NCBI GenBank assembly: GCA_951406725.2 | Contig: OX597822.1 | Location: 496,001 to 560,000, forward strand | Length of the DNA stretch: 64,000 bases | Source: Octopus vulgaris | Taxonomy: Eukaryota | Direction: 5' to 3' | In this document: positions 41,732-56,176 of the stretch, in pieces | Layout of the letters: the number at the start of each line of letters is the position of its first letter | Numbering within the stretch: position 1 is the stretch's first letter | Program-made: the position numbers and the translations under genes | The notes under the pieces: model-generated | Told to the model about the DNA's origin: nothing | The model's input: the letters and a program-made list of their open reading frames with translations, nothing else | Databases searched by the model: none

Positions 41732-41990
41732 ATGTATGTATGTATGTATGTATGTATGTATGTATGTATGTATGTATGTGTGTGTGTGTGTATGTGTGTA
41801 TGTATGTATGTATGTATGTATGTATGTATGTACAGATAAAATAGAAACATCTGACTGGTGCCTCACTATAGTATATTCATCCTGGTTGGTTTCCAGACAC
41901 TTGAAAGTTCTACAATTGTTAATATCTGACCCCGAAATATGGTTATTAAGCGATAGTGGAGTGGGGGGGGGGGGGGGAAACAGAGATACA

Positions 41991-42039
<49 letters not shown>

Positions 42040-42077
42040 ACATACGCATTTCAGGATTTTTTCAAATCCACTGACAA

Positions 42078-42175
42078 TGCTGTAGAAGACGCCGAAGTTG
42101 TCACGCAGAGGGAGTGAACCTGGAACCATGTGGTTGGGAAGGAAGCTTCTTACCACACAGCCACACCTGCGCCTA
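42078..42175 (-). mobile_element. SINE family A head
   Basis: AACCATGTGGTTGGGAAGGAAGCTTCTTACCACACAGCCACACCTGCGCC. Confidence 0.8.
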
Positions 42176-42185
42176 TGAATATATA

Positions 42186-42236
<51 letters not shown>

Positions 42237-42349
42237 ATCACGTGACCGACCAGACCATCAGATGTTGTTACACATCGCTGGTCACAATACGTTCGCATTG
42301 TTTTAGCCTTCGAATGACGCCACCCCGCTGGCTAAGCGAGCAGGCCAAT

Positions 42350-43726
42350 ATATATATATATAATTGAAGTTTTGTGTGTGTGTGTGTACAAACATTTAAT
42401 GTACCTCAATAACTTCTACATCTTTCATCCGATTTCTTTAAAATTTTATACACAACTGCTTCATAACCCAGACCCGAACATAGGTTACTTAGAATTTAAA
42501 AAAATCGATATTGGGACTTTTAGAGCGATGGGAAACCAACAATAAATGATTCCTATTCATTTGCATTAATCAGTTATTTTATGATCTGTAGGGTCTTCAA
42601 ACTTTTTTTTTTTTATAAAAGTGAAAGGGTTTTTGTCTATTTATTTCCACTGTCCACCAGCGTCTGTGATTAAACTGATTAGGAACACTGAACGCATACA
42701 TTTCCACAATTCTCAACCGATTTTCATCAGACTTTACACAAACATCACTTATGTTCCAAGGAAGGTCATGCACTAAAATATTTTGCCAGAGCTCCCGCGT
42801 AAATGGGCCTAAATGGACATAGTTTCTTTGGTATGTAGGGTCTACCATACTTTTTAAATCTTTTTATACAAGTGAAAGGATGTTGTCTATTTATTTATTT
42901 CGCCTGTCCACTACCATGGTGATTAAATTGACTAGGAACACTGTACGCGATGAATATCCAATACCAAACAATCTGAATCGCCATATTGAAACTGCATTAA
43001 ACTTCGGCAAGCTTACCTTTACCTATTCTGAGTTACTTGAAAAGTGATGCTCCCTTCCCTCTCTTCTATTTGTTGATACCTTTGTTTACCTACCAATGCA
43101 TTGTTTCAGTTTAAGGATGTTTATTTACCCATCCATTATGATATTTTGACTGTTGTCCATTGTCTCAAATACGTTTTAGCATTGTCGTTCTAGCCTTTTT
43201 TAAGCATCACATGATTCGTCCCAAAGAATCAACCTTTAAATATGAATTTTGCTTTCACTGGCGAAAGCCCCATACCACTTTAACTTAATGCTGCATTCGC
43301 TGTTATTTTATGCGCAGGCTATGTGGGAAGACAGAATAAAGAGGCATTTGTTAGCTTATCTCTCCGACAAAATAGCTCCCTTTGCTGTTGAAAAAAAGAA
43401 ACTCGCAGAGGGGAAGTTTCAACCTCTTCCTTCAATTTCTTTACACCATTTATGGTTTCGCTTTCATCTGAAACAACTATATATTGTAGTCATTATCCGT
43501 AATCGACTCCCAAAGCACTTCAGCAACGCTACTTTGCATCGCTTGCAAATTTATATGTTCTATGATCATTAAAGTGCAACAACCACCACAATAACCAGCC
43601 TTCAATTTGAATTTCCGTTCCTAGGATAATCGGGAACATAGATTGCCGTACTATTCACAAATTATTTGGTGAAAAAAATATTACCAAAGCAACTTAAACC
43701 GCTCAAAGGACGGCTGCGTTTGCTAG
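42350..43726 (+). mobile_element. Putative non-autonomous Helitron
   Basis: Starts TATATATAATTGAAG + (TG)n, similar to the Helitron 5' end at 13315. Ends with a CCG..CGG hairpin then CTAG|T (43723-27). Internal sub-repeat at ~42610 and ~42860. Confidence 0.5.
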
Positions 43727-43893
43727 TATATACATGCATACATACACACACACACATACACACACACACATACACACATACACACACATATATAAATCTG
43801 TGTATATATACATATATATATATGTATGTATCTATGTATATATGTATATATATGTATCTATGTATATATATATATATGTATATGTATGCATTC

Positions 43894-43950
<57 letters not shown>

Positions 43951-44329
43951 CCGAATTTAGGAAATGGAGTAGATAAAATGCCGGTTACCTATTTTTCCTG
44001 GCTAGCAGAACCTTTGGTTAATTACTACTTCCGAAGTTCTGCTGGCTAGAAAACATATGTAGCCTGGATTTTATATTCTCTATTCCCTACAAGTGGAATT
44101 TTACTTGCATACACAGCAACCCCAGTTGCTAACCGTAAGCTATAAAATAACTTTTTTTAGCTTATAGAACTTCAATATGGGAAAAAATTACAACCTTCTA
44201 CGTCAATAAACCACTATTGTTCCTGAAAGTTGGTTTTTACACCTTCTACGGACTGTTCGAAGCTTTCTAACTCCCTACGCTTTGATTCTTGGATCTTACT
44301 TTCACACACAGACACACACACACACACAA

Positions 44330-44385
<56 letters not shown>

Positions 44386-44479
44386 ATACGTATTTATATG
44401 TCTGTGTTTTTTTATAATATATAGACGCATACATTTATGTGTATATCTATCTATATACCTGTCTGTCTGCCTGCCTGTC

Positions 44480-44602
<123 letters not shown>

Positions 44603-44741
44603 ACCAAAGTAAGCACATAAAGGTGGGAAAAAACAGTACTCGAATACGTGAGGTAGCATAGTAGGTTCGTCTAAACTGTCCGATGAACGGGAACGTGAAA
44701 CTCTGAGTAGCAGTTTTTTGTGATATTTTTGTGTAATAAAC

Positions 44742-44803
<62 letters not shown>

Positions 44804-44998
44804 GTAATAAACCATATATATATATAGGGAGGGTTTATGAAAAAAACAAAAGACGAAGACAGGTGGTGTACAAAACAAACATACGTATTAGTATAACGCT
44901 CAGGAATAGAAAAAGTCTTTTACGTTTCGGGCCTACGCTCTTCTACAGAAAGGTACACAAAAAACAAGGAGAGAAAAAAATGTGTGTAGTGGCTAATG

Positions 44999-45045
<47 letters not shown>

Positions 45046-45061
45046 CATACATATATATGTT

Positions 45062-45330
45062 CTTATTTTTAGATTTCTCGCCAATGGAGAAAGACCTTGT
45101 TTTTAACCAAGATCGAAGTCGCCATCGAAATTTCAACAACATAGGATTCTTATCCTTATATGTGTGTATATGTGCAAGGGTTTGTCATGCACAAATCTGT
45201 ATGTTTTGTTTATGTATATTTACTCATGCATATAGATGCGTGTATAAACTCTTGCATATGTACTTTTCTGTCAGACTTTTGAAAAGTCTTACAGATTTTG
45301 ACAATTCAATTGTCTGTCTATGTCTATGGA
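45062..45330 (-). mobile_element. 3' UTR remnant of the R4/Dong-like family seen at 51.2 kb
   Basis: AGATTTCTCGCCAAT..AACCAAGATCGAAG..GAAATTTCAACA matches 51218-51285. Confidence 0.5.
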
Positions 45331-45437
45331 CATATGTATGTACATCTCTCTGTGTGTGCATATAAAGATAGACGAAGAAGCTTCTTCATTTTTCCCCAAT
45401 GTTTTCTTTTCAAATTATTATATCATATTCAAGAATA

Positions 45438-45660
45438 AGGATGTGAGCTGACAGAATCGTTATGGCGCCTGGAAAAATGCTTAGCGGCATTTCTTCCGGG
45501 TCTTTTCCTTTTAAGCTCCAACTTTCTAGTAGTGGTAGACTTTGCATTTCATTCTTTTGGAGATTGATAAAATGAGTACCAGTTTAGCGCTGGGATCGAT
45601 ATAATCAACTTTCTTCTCTTCTGAAAGTTGCTGGTCTTGTTACAAAATTAGAAAGAATTA
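45438..45660 (+). mobile_element. SINE family B, degraded
   Basis: GAGCTGACAGAATCGTTA...AAATGCTTAGCGGCATTTC...GATAAAATGAGTACCAG. Confidence 0.7.
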
Positions 45661-46261
45661 TATTATGTTTTAGATTTTGTTGCAGTTTTTGCTGTTATTT
45701 TTCTATATCTTTTTATTTTTTTTATTCGACCACTCCTCGCACAATGCATTGCATTCTGTGTAAAGTCAGGTAAACTTCGTTTAACTTAATTAATATAATT
45801 TTTGCTGGTTGAAAGATGAAGGAGAAACAAGCGGGTAGCGGACTGTTGCGGCAGAGGTCTGTATTTCCTTGGCTTCTTTTTTTTTATAATGTTTTTCTTT
45901 TTGTGTTTTTTGTTGTTTTAATGTTTCGTATTTATTTTTTGTGTCGTCGTTGTCATCGTGGTGTTGCTGTTGTTGTTGCCTTTTTATGGACAAAAACCAC
46001 CGATTGTAACCGTTAATGTTTTAACAGGACGCTTTAGAAGAAATCAAAGAACTATAAAATAAGGTGGTGGTTTGATGAACACTTAGAGTGTGAGCATCGA
46101 CAGCGGAGCGAGCTAACGCATTTTAGTAAAGACAGAGGACGTATATATATAGATATATATATATATATACACACACACATATATATATACACGCGCACAC
46201 ACACACATATATATACATGCATACACATACACACATATAGATACAAATGTATATGTATGTG

Positions 46262-46308
<47 letters not shown>

Positions 46309-46908
46309 CAGCATGAAAATATTAAAACTAAATATATAATAGTAACGTAATAAAGTAAAATGAAAATGGCGGAAGAAAACATACAAAATAACTCCGCCTT
46401 CTCCCCAACAAATAAAAGAGCCAAAAATAAAGACAAGTAAACAAACATGTAAACAAGCGAATAAACAAAGAGAAATTGCGGATGATAATTAAAAGATAAG
46501 GACCTAAACCCGATGGTTTTAACCATCAAGGGATGGCTCGGATATAAAATGCAATAAAAATGATTGTTCAAAAGTAGTTGGGTATTGTAATATGAATGCT
46601 GGTATTAATGTAAGGACGGGTGAGCTTAGACCAATTTTCTGTGATCAAGACGAAAGAGATTTAGCAGGAAGTAATTGAATGGTGAAGTGGAGCGCGTAGA
46701 ATAACGCAACACAAGAAAACAAGAAATCGGAGGAAAACAAAAAGGAAAAAAAAAATGAACAAATTAAACGAAACAAAATGCGAAGAAATGATCTAAACAA
46801 ATAAATAAACAAAGCCCATCCCTTCGTGATAAAACAAATAAAAAGTGAACAACAAAAATAAGCAAATGCGCACATATCGAAACACATATACAGATACACA
46901 CATTCATA

Positions 46909-47467
46909 CATGCATACATACATATACGAATACATGCATACACACATATACGAATACATGCATACACACACTCATACATGCATACATACATATACGAATA
47001 CATGCATACACACATATACGAATACATGCATACATACATATACGAATACATGCATACACACATATACGAATACATGCATACATACATATACGAATACATG
47101 CATACACACATATACGAATACATGCATACACACATATACGAATACATGCATACACACATATACGAATACATGCATACACACATATACGAATACATGCATA
47201 CACACATATACGAATACATGCATACATACATATACGAATACATGCATACACACATATACGAATACATGCATACATACATATACGAATACATGCATACACA
47301 CATATACGAATACATGCATACACACATATACGAATACATGCATACACACATATACGAATACATGCATACACACATATACGAATACATGCATACACACATA
47401 TACGAATACATGCATACATACATATACGAATACATGCATACACACATATACGAATACATGCATACAC
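46909..47467. repeat. 24-bp minisatellite (CATGCATACAYACATATACGAATA)n, about 23 units
   Basis: Direct reading. Confidence 0.95.
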
Positions 47468-47627
47468 GCTCAACGCCACAAGCGTACAAACAGGCAAACA
47501 GATACCATTCATTCGGACACATAATTCAGACACGTACTCTTGCGTGCGTACACACATACACGCATACACACATGCATGCACACACACACAAACACACACA
47601 CATGCATGCACACAGACACATGCGCAC

Positions 47628-47686
<59 letters not shown>

Positions 47687-47774
47687 AACACGGAGACAGT
47701 CAAACTTTCAAACGTACGTGCGACACACAGTGACCCAACGACGGCAAGAACTATAATTACATTACTATATTACC

Positions 47775-48546
<772 letters not shown>

Positions 48547-49115
48547 TAATTATTATTATTATTGTTATTGAAATAATAATAATAATTATTATTGTTATTA
48601 AAATAATTATTAACAATAATAGACGAAATGAAAGTAGAATGGAAGACGCGTCGCTGAGGCACGAACTGAATAGTGAGTGATGTGTCTTCAGCATTTCGCA
48701 ACAACGACGCAAAGGAGATTCAAGTTGGGGGTACTGAAGTAACAACAAGAACAACAACAACAACAGCAACGATGACGACGACGATGACACAAATAATAAC
48801 AGCAACAAGCCAGACATCATCATCATCATCATCAAGGGTACTAATAGCAATGAAGTAATAATATCAAAAGAGAGTTCATTCAAAATGGCTGCCAGTGGTA
48901 TGATTGTTCGATGTTCCTGGTGAGTGATTGTTCAATTAAGAAAAAATATGGATGAAAGAGCAAAAAACGAAGAAGAAAAAATGGCAACATCACCTGCAAA
49001 CAGAATGTGCGTAAAATTCTCGTCTTATATGCATCACCCATTATGTAAAGCAGTGGCTATGTATGTATGTATGTATGTATGTATGTATGTATGTATGTAT
49101 GTATGTATGTATGTA

Positions 49116-49159
<44 letters not shown>

Positions 49160-49231
49160 CATGTTTGCTTATATGCAAGTATGTGTGTGTGAGTATATAT
49201 ATATATATATATATCTTTATTTATCGTTTAT

Positions 49232-49360
49232 CTTTTACTAGTTTCAGTTATTAGACCGCGACCACGCTGGGGTACAGCATTGAGGAATTTTAGTCGAATG
49301 AATCGACGACCTTAGTACATTTTTTGAAGCCTGCTTCTTATTCTATCGTTCTCTTTTGCC

Positions 49361-49408
<48 letters not shown>

Positions 49409-49560
49409 GACGTGTTTGTTTCAGTTTCCGTTTACCTGATCTACTTACAAGACAATGGTTGACCCGAGGCTATAGTAGAAGACACATGCTCAAGGTGCCA
49501 TGCAGTGGAATTGAACCCAGAACCATGTAGTTAGGAAACAAACTTCCAGTCACGCAGCCA
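49232..49560 (-). mobile_element. SINE family A, degraded
   Basis: Reverse complement of the 55270-55875 consensus. Confidence 0.75.
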
Positions 49561-49608
49561 TTTCTTTGGGATGCATTTAAAATTTTTCCTTTGCCGAATT
49601 CAAATCAC

Positions 49609-50361
49609 ACACACCGAACTTTTAGAAATAGCAGCCAAAGAATTTAGCTATTTCCTCTACTATAAGAAGAGTCTCCCAGACAATGTATACTCAAAAACAA
49701 TTCACGTAGGCATAGAGGGAAAAATAACGAAAGATCACTCGATAATCGATTACTTGAGAACTAATTAATTAATTTTACCCTTATTATTATTGACAATATA
49801 ATTCTCTCCCTGATATTAAACGACAGATCCTTCTGTAGGAATTTGTTGCTCTATAACTCACGTGGGTGGACAGGGGAGGATGCGGAGCCTCATTCGTACG
49901 TTTTGAATTCATTAGTATTGGATATCGAAGATGGTTCGTCTGAGGTTCCTCAAATCAGATGGGTATGTTCGATTTTTAGTGCTCTCAAATTTAGATTTAA
50001 CGAAATCTTGGGCTGATGACAGGAATGTTAGAATAGGGATGTATTTCTAGCATCTCTAAATCTAACTAACCCAGAAACGCGTTCTCAAGTAATCGATTAT
50101 CGAGTGATCTTTCGTTATTTTTCCCTCTATGCCTACGTGAATTGTTTTTGAGTATACATTATCTGGGAGACTCTTCTAATAGTAGGGGAAATAGCTAAAT
50201 TCTTTGGCTGCTATTTCTAAAAGTTCGGTGTGTGGTAAAGTAAATTATTTTGTTGAACCCTTATATAAAGTAATGTTTAAATTGGTCCTTTTACATACTG
50301 AACATTGCTTGGTAAAATTATTAATTACTAATTAATTAATTTTACCCTTATTATCATTGAC
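49609..50361 (+). mobile_element. Penelope-like terminal structure (inverted arm + direct repeat + hammerhead)
   Basis: 49609-49761 is the reverse complement of 50081-50234. CTAATTAATTAATTTTACCCTTATTATYATTGAC is directly repeated at ~49761 and ~50328. Followed by (TA)n. Confidence 0.7.
50007..50089 (+). ncRNA. Type-I hammerhead ribozyme with long helix II and palindromic helix III
   Basis: CTTGGG-CTGATGA-[GTTAGA..TAGGGATG/CATCTCTA..TCTAAC]-GAAAC-GC-GTT-CTCAAG. Confidence 0.7.
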
Positions 50362-50372
50362 TATATATATAT

Positions 50373-50789
50373 ACTCTTTTTACTCTTTTACTCTTTTACT
50401 TGTTTCAGTCATTTGACTGTGGCCATGCTGGAGCACCGCCTTTAGTCGAGCAAATCGACCCCGGGACTTATTCTTTGTAAGCCCAGTACTTATTCTATCG
50501 GTCTCTTTTGCCAAACCGCTAAGTGACGGGGACGTAAACACATCAGCATCGGTTGTCAAGCAATGCTAGGGGGACAAACACACACACACACAAACGCACA
50601 TATATACATATATATACATATATACGACAGGCTTCTTTCAGTTTCCGTCTACCAAATCCACTCACAAGGTATTGGTTGGCCCGGGGCTATAGCAGAAGAT
50701 ACTTGCCCAAGATGCCACGCAGTGAGACTGAACCCAGAACCATGTGGTTGGTTAGCAAGCTACTTACCACACAGCCACTCCTGCGCCTA
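50373..50789 (-). mobile_element. SINE family A, near full length
   Basis: TTTCAGTCATTTGACTGTGGCCATGCTGGAGCACCGCC...TTACCACACAGCCACTCCTGCGCC. Confidence 0.85.
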
Positions 50790-51212
50790 TATATATATAT
50801 ATATATACATATATATATTTGGATATATGTTATTGTGTGCATTTATATATTCAGGGTCCTCAAATGGAGTAGTCCTCAAGTTTTCAGTGTTCCCCTGGTT
50901 GATTGTATCTGCAGAACCAGTATTCTCTATCCTGTTTTCTACAATCCAAGCATTTCTAAGTTTCTGTACAGATCTGTTGATACGTATCCGAATGCATCTA
51001 TAATAATTGGAGCGAATAAAAATCTAGTCTGGATATAAAAGTTGTAGGCTTCCCAGTAGTTCTCCATGTCTGTCTGTCTGTCTGTCTGTCTGTCTGCCTG
51101 TCTGTCTGTCAGTCTGTCTGTCTGTCTGTCTGTATGTATGTATGTATGTATATATGTCTGCCTGTCTTTCTTTCTGTCTGTCTGTATGTCTGTTTATATG
51201 TATGTATGTATG

Positions 51213-51780
51213 TCATTAAGATTTCTTGCCAATAGAAAACCGGTTTCTAACCTAGATCCAAGGCTCTCTTATTGAAATTTCAACATCGACAAAAGGGAGT
51301 TTTTGTTTGTACGTATGTATGTATGTATGTATGTATGTATGTATGTATGTATGTATGTGCAGATTTCCATGTTTTGCTTTATGTATATATTCTCATGCAT
51401 ATAGTTGCATATCTAGACATGCTCATATATAAAATTATAAACTTCTGGAAAGCTTTTCAGACTTTTACAGTTCCAGTTTAGTCTTCGAATTAGCCTTCTC
51501 CTTTCTGGTTTTGAGAAGCCTAATTTCTCAAGATTGGTATTTAGGCAATGTGTTACATATCCCTATAATTACAGATATAAACCCGAACTTGTAATCTGGG
51601 TAGAGTAACTGCAGATTTCTCAATAGTTCAGCATAGGTGTACTCTTTTTCACTGATCTTCAGTTTTATGTTAACATCCGCTGAGCCACTAATTTCCACAA
51701 CTGTACGCAGTTTCTCTTCTATATCCCAAATCATTATATCAGGTCGGTTGTGCTTACATTTTATTGAGGTCACCACTGCA
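51213..51780 (-). mobile_element. 5'-truncated R4/Dong-like (restriction-like endonuclease) non-LTR retrotransposon
   Basis: KHNRPDIMIWD...VVEIS...KISEKEYTYAEL...VIIG is a PD-(D/E)xK RLE domain. Flanked by TATG-type repeats. Confidence 0.7.
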
Positions 51781-52667
51781 TACATGTATATACGTATGTA
51801 TATATGTATGTATGCATGCTTATTCTTTTCGACCTTTAATTTTACAGTTAATTTTGACTGGCCAGCTACTTGGTAAGAAAATAGTGACGGGAAGCACAGC
51901 TTATTTTTTTCATACGTATAAACGATAACTTGTATATTTATTCTGAATGTGTTCAAGCACAAATACGCCAGTAGCTGTTAAATCGTTACAGGGGAGCTTC
52001 TTCTTTTTACCACGTTCAATTCCTGACGGGCCATACAACTGAACGAAATATATTTTGTTGGACTCACGGCTATATATTACGCTTAATAACGCTCAGACTT
52101 CTATGTTTGAATTCTTTCCCCAGCATATTGCAATGAACTTGTTATTCCTCCAAAATTATATATATATACGCACGCTTACGCGCAAATACCAATATTCGCA
52201 CACACACTCATTTTAAATCAACCAATTAATAAAACAACTAATGAAATATTAACTAGTCAATTCATGATATTAAGCACTCTGTGTGTGCATGTACCTGCAT
52301 GAGGTACACACGTCTGTATGCTTGTTTGTGTATATGTGTGCATGACTGTGTGCGTGTGGTGGTGTATGTGAGTGCATAGGTATGTGTGTGTTCTTGTATG
52401 TGTATATCTTACATAGACTGGGCGAATAACTATGGAAGCCTTTTTTAGGTGACTATACAAGTACATAGATATATTGCTAGTCATCGTCGTGGTTGTCCGT
52501 CATCATCATCGTTGTCATCGTCATCATCGTCGTCATCATCATAATCATCACCATTTTCAGAGTTTATCACATACAAACACACTGACACGCGTGCGCATAT
52601 ATGTAGAATGTGCGGTGCATATAAATATAACTCACACTCAACATACATCTATGTATGTGTATATATA

Positions 52668-52707
<40 letters not shown>

Positions 52708-52756
52708 CACACAAATACACAGACACAGATACGGACACAGACACACACATATATGA

Positions 52757-52791
<35 letters not shown>

Positions 52792-52881
52792 TGTATGTAT
52801 GTATGTATGTATGTATGTATGTATGTATGTATGCATGCATGTATGTATGTATGTATGTATGTATGTATGTATGTTTGTATG

Positions 52882-52922
<41 letters not shown>

Positions 52923-53596
52923 GTACGTACATAAATACATACATTCATACATACATGCATACATACATATATACATACATACAGACGCATAGAGAGTTAT
53001 GCATGCAAAAGTTTGAAATCTGACACACCCACGATATAATTGAAAATTTGTAAAGCCGCCGGAAAATTCCTTTTCGTCAGGTTTCAAGTTAGAGAATAGC
53101 GAAACGCCGAGGGACTTTTCTCCATTTCTTGGTTACAATGAAGATGAGCAGAGCAATACAAGATTGCTTATGTCGCAAACAAAATGGCGACTACGACAAT
53201 CTTTACCACAGTTAAGTCCCAGGGAGGAATGCAATGTCGTAAATTGAATTAAATTTGGCGGTTTTCAGGGCGCAAATCATACATAAAATCATGACATTCG
53301 TTTTATCGTTTGAATTTTCCATCTGTTATTTTTTGTCAATATATATATTTGCGTTTGTTTGATTTTATGTCATGTGTGTGTGTGTGTGTATGTGTGTGTG
53401 CAAGAGTATACTTATGCATATTATATGCGTGGGTGTGTGGTTTTGCACGATGTATAGCATTAAGTGTGCGCGCAAAATAATTCAAGTGTATGTACGTGTG
53501 TTTGCGCGTGTGTATATATATGCATATACATACATGAATACACTTATACAGCTAGCTATGTATATTTGCCAACACATACCTATTACTCTTAGGTAT

Positions 53597-53628
<32 letters not shown>

Positions 53629-53834
53629 TCACACATACACATGAACGCACAGATGCTTATGTACAGGTATATAAATCTGTGTGTCTGTATACACAAAAAC
53701 ATATATATATATATATGCATACAGAGATACGCACATATACGCACACACATGTATATTTATATATATATATATATGTATATATATCTATGTATGTATATCT
53801 ATCTATACATGTGTATGTAAACATATATATATGC

Positions 53835-53929
<95 letters not shown>

Positions 53930-54316
53930 AGTGTGTGTGTGTATATATAGTGTCAATTGATTATCTGGGTACCAGGGCACAGTTCATGCATACAATTATC
54001 ATATATTCATTTGTCTTTGCGCTCGGTTCATGCATATGTGTATGTTACGTGATTACAGACACATACACGCGCGCGCGCGCGTGGACGCAAACGCACGGAG
54101 TGACACACTCCCATATATACACCTAAATATATATATAAAAAAAGAAACCATCTATAGGTATTACTTAATTATATATATACACCTCAAGTTAAGATTAACT
54201 AAAAATGTAATCAAAATCGCCTGTATATATATTGACAGTATGATGTACTATAATAACAGAACAGCGGAAATATCTATCTGTAAGCGTAGCCACAACAACA
54301 ACAACAACAACAACAG

Positions 54317-54367
<51 letters not shown>

Positions 54368-54988
54368 GTAAAATCACCTCAACGTAATGGAGAACAGTTT
54401 CGCGAATTTCAGTTCTCTTATACCGCATAGTTTAATAGAAATTTCTCCTCTATACCGCATGGATGTAGAGAAATGTGTTCTCTATATAAATTTGTAAAAG
54501 GAAGCTGTGGGAGGTGGGAGAAGGAATTAATTTCCCGAGTGGAACAGGTTCTGAAACTTGTAGAATGAAATTAACGTAAAAGTTTTCAGTATCAATACCG
54601 CTTGTAGAAAACTAGGTGACAAAATTTATAGCTTTGATCGTTATTGCTTGATTGTGTGTCCGCCTTTATGTATGTATGTATGTATGTATGTATGTATGTA
54701 TGTATGTATGTATGTATGTATGTATGTATGTATGTATGTATGTATGTATGTATGTATGTATGTATGTATGTATGTATGTATGTATGTATGTATGTTTGAA
54801 TGTATGTATGTATGTATGTATGTATGTATGCATGTATGTTTGAATGTATGTATGTTTGCATGTATGTGCGTATGTATGTAAGTGACTATGTATGTGTGTA
54901 TTTGTGCCTCCGCCTTCCTCCTCCTCCTCTTTCTTCTACTCCTCCTTCTTCTTCTTCTTCTTCTTCTTCTCCTTCTTCTCCTCCTTCT

Positions 54989-55020
<32 letters not shown>

Positions 55021-55269
55021 CGTATACACACACACACACCTATATGTAAGCGAATATGCATATATACTAATATAGAGCCAGGGTAAAGACTATAATAAAG
55101 TAAAATGAAATAATATATATATATTGTATACACACTCACACAAGCGCACATACATATATCTATTTCTATATATGCACACGTATACACTTCTTACATTCTT
55201 ACTACTTTTAGAAAGCAGAAAGTTATATGCAATATGATAAAGTTAAATATAATAAAAATACACATAATA

Positions 55270-55875
<606 letters not shown>

Positions 55876-55996
55876 TATATAGAGACATACGAATAAAATA
55901 CAATATATCCGCATATATTTATTTATACGTGGGCAACGTACATTTTTAACTGACATTCTTACTTTTCTTACTATACATATTAATTTTATTGATATT

Positions 55997-56132
55997 AAAT
56001 TTTAGCCCGAGGCCAGAAATTTCGGTGGAGGGGATAAGTCGATTACATTGACTCCAGTGTGCAACTGGTACCTGTTTTATCGACCCCGAAAGGACGAAAG
56101 GCTAAGGCAACCCTGCCGGAATTTGAACTGAG
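55997..56132 (-). mobile_element. SINE family B fragment
   Basis: TTTTATCGACCCCGAAAGG...GGAATTTGAACT. Confidence 0.7.
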
Positions 56133-56176
56133 ATTAATATTAAGGTAGTGTATTCTGTTTCATATATATATATATA

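Noticed and set aside
46909-47467. Regular 24-bp repeat as a CRISPR array
   Set aside because: No unique spacers, no cas genes, eukaryotic context.
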